Shown here: in pieces, positions 62,697 through 64,000 of the stretch
Position numbering within the stretch: the first letter of the stretch is position 1
Layout: the number at the start of each line of letters is the position of its first letter
NCBI GenBank assembly: GCA_030390025.1
Contig: CM059425.1
Coordinates: 162,256,001 to 162,320,000, forward strand
Length of the DNA stretch: 64,000 nucleotides
Source of the DNA: Squalus acanthias
Lineage: Eukaryota
Direction: 5' to 3'
Notes under the pieces: model-generated
Databases searched by the model: none
The model's input: only the letters and a program-made list of their open reading frames with translations
What the model was told of the DNA's origin: nothing
Position numbers and translations under genes: made by a program

Positions 62697-64000
62697 GAAC
62701 ATTATAAAGTGTAATCTCTTCAGTAATCTTCATAGGTTAAGGAATTTCTGTTGCCTTGTTTCACAAGCAGTTATTCTACACAAAGGTTTGACCCCAGTAT
62801 CCGATACCAGACCTGCGTTATACTCCCAGCAACACCTCTCACTGAACTTAGGGGCAAAAGAGCTCTACACGTGTGTGTGTGTGTGTGTATAGATAGACAC
62901 TATACAGTTTTGTCATACGATACAGGAGGATACATTGGCATGTTCAGGTGTTCAATACAGTTATGCCGTTCACACTCTAGGAAAATGCACTGTAGTAAGC
63001 CCCTTCACCTATGTAGGCAGCTCCCTTGATGTCTTCCTGACCTAGCAAAACTGGCCTTTATTAAAACCTCCAGCTATTGTGGTAATGCTGTATCAACTTT
63101 GATTTTAAACAGTTCTTGAATCCAAGGTCCTCTCCTGCCCCCTGTTGGCTGTTTTGGACTTAGTATATTGTTTCAAGCTGATGATCTGAATTCCTTTGCT
63201 CGCCCATCCGTTCACAGTATTATGCATTTACCCTTTGGTCACAGAAGAGGCTCTACATTAAATCCTACAGGTGTTTTAGTTATCTGCAAAACTAGGCAAC
63301 TGACATATCGAGCCAATATCTAGCCTCATTTCAATTGGTCTCAGTGATGTGAGAGCCAATATCTTATCAAGTCCTGCTTTTCAATGGGAAATGGCAAAAT
63401 GTTGACATGTATTTTCCAGACCATTAAAAAGAATAGGCAATGGCTGTTTCTGTTGTCCTACGAGAGGAGATCTACTGGTTCGTATTCATCAAGTTCTGCT
63501 GGCAACTGTAGAGTGCATATAGTCTTATCTGTATCTTTTACATTCTGGGTTTTGACACGACATTGACAGGAACTGGATCAGTTTACTCCGCTTTTAATGC
63601 AGTTACACTATGGGTTTGTAGTGCACATCAGGCTGCATGAGACGAGCAGTAACAAAGTTTTGCTAAATTCTTCTCTCACCCCTATACATGATTTAGTATT
63701 TTAATAAAGTTTCACAAAATATTAGTAACTCAGGTGTGCTGCTAATTTTTCTAGTTTTATTGTGTAGCTTTCCATAATATTTTGATGACTTTTTGATCAC
63801 AGGTCTGTTAATCTAGTAGCCTTGAAGGGGAAGAAAATGATGTGGAAGTACTTGACCTTTGTTTCAAAAAATAAATCCTGCAAGGGCAAAGCCTTTACAT
63901 TTGTACAATATTTTCAGCCTCATGGAGACTTGCCATTTTTGGTCTCGCCTGTCTTCCCAAGACTCTCTAGTGACTTCAATTATGGATGTAGGACAGCCTG

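Noticed and set aside
63802..63900. Acceptor-like cacag as the SLF1 terminal exon
   Set aside because: Required phase reaches TAG within a few codons; no resemblance to the expected C-terminal sequence
1..64000. CRISPR array or prokaryotic defence operon
   Set aside because: No regularly spaced repeat-spacer units or operon-like ORFs; spliced eukaryotic gene with vertebrate repeats

Overview
Vertebrate genomic DNA; the repeat complement (many CR1 LINEs, Penelope-like elements, DeuSINE-type SINEs, Harbinger, RTE) suggests a cartilaginous fish, by inference. The whole window lies inside one + strand gene that I recognise as SLF1 (ANKRD32; SMC5/6 localisation factor 1). I read 13 GT-AG coding exons by hand, from the BRCT region (655-895) to ankyrin repeats 1-3 (55768-55860, 56471-56653). 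Splice phases chain correctly except across a 200-N gap, where an exon is probably hidden. The first and last exons lie outside the window. Introns are packed with nested mobile elements, many with readable target-site duplications (TSDs). Highlights: (1) minimal type-I hammerhead ribozymes from two Penelope-like families with fully covarying stems; (2) substitutions at normally invariant ankyrin positions of the predicted histone H4-tail reader; (3) a decayed two-gene Harbinger plus about eight MITEs with 3-bp NWN TSDs, some sharing TTGACAG hairpins; (4) a four-level nested insertion at 40.1-48.3 kb; (5) short apparent local copy events. I found no CRISPR array, prokaryotic operon or rRNA/tRNA gene. 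All homology calls are from recall, not database searches.
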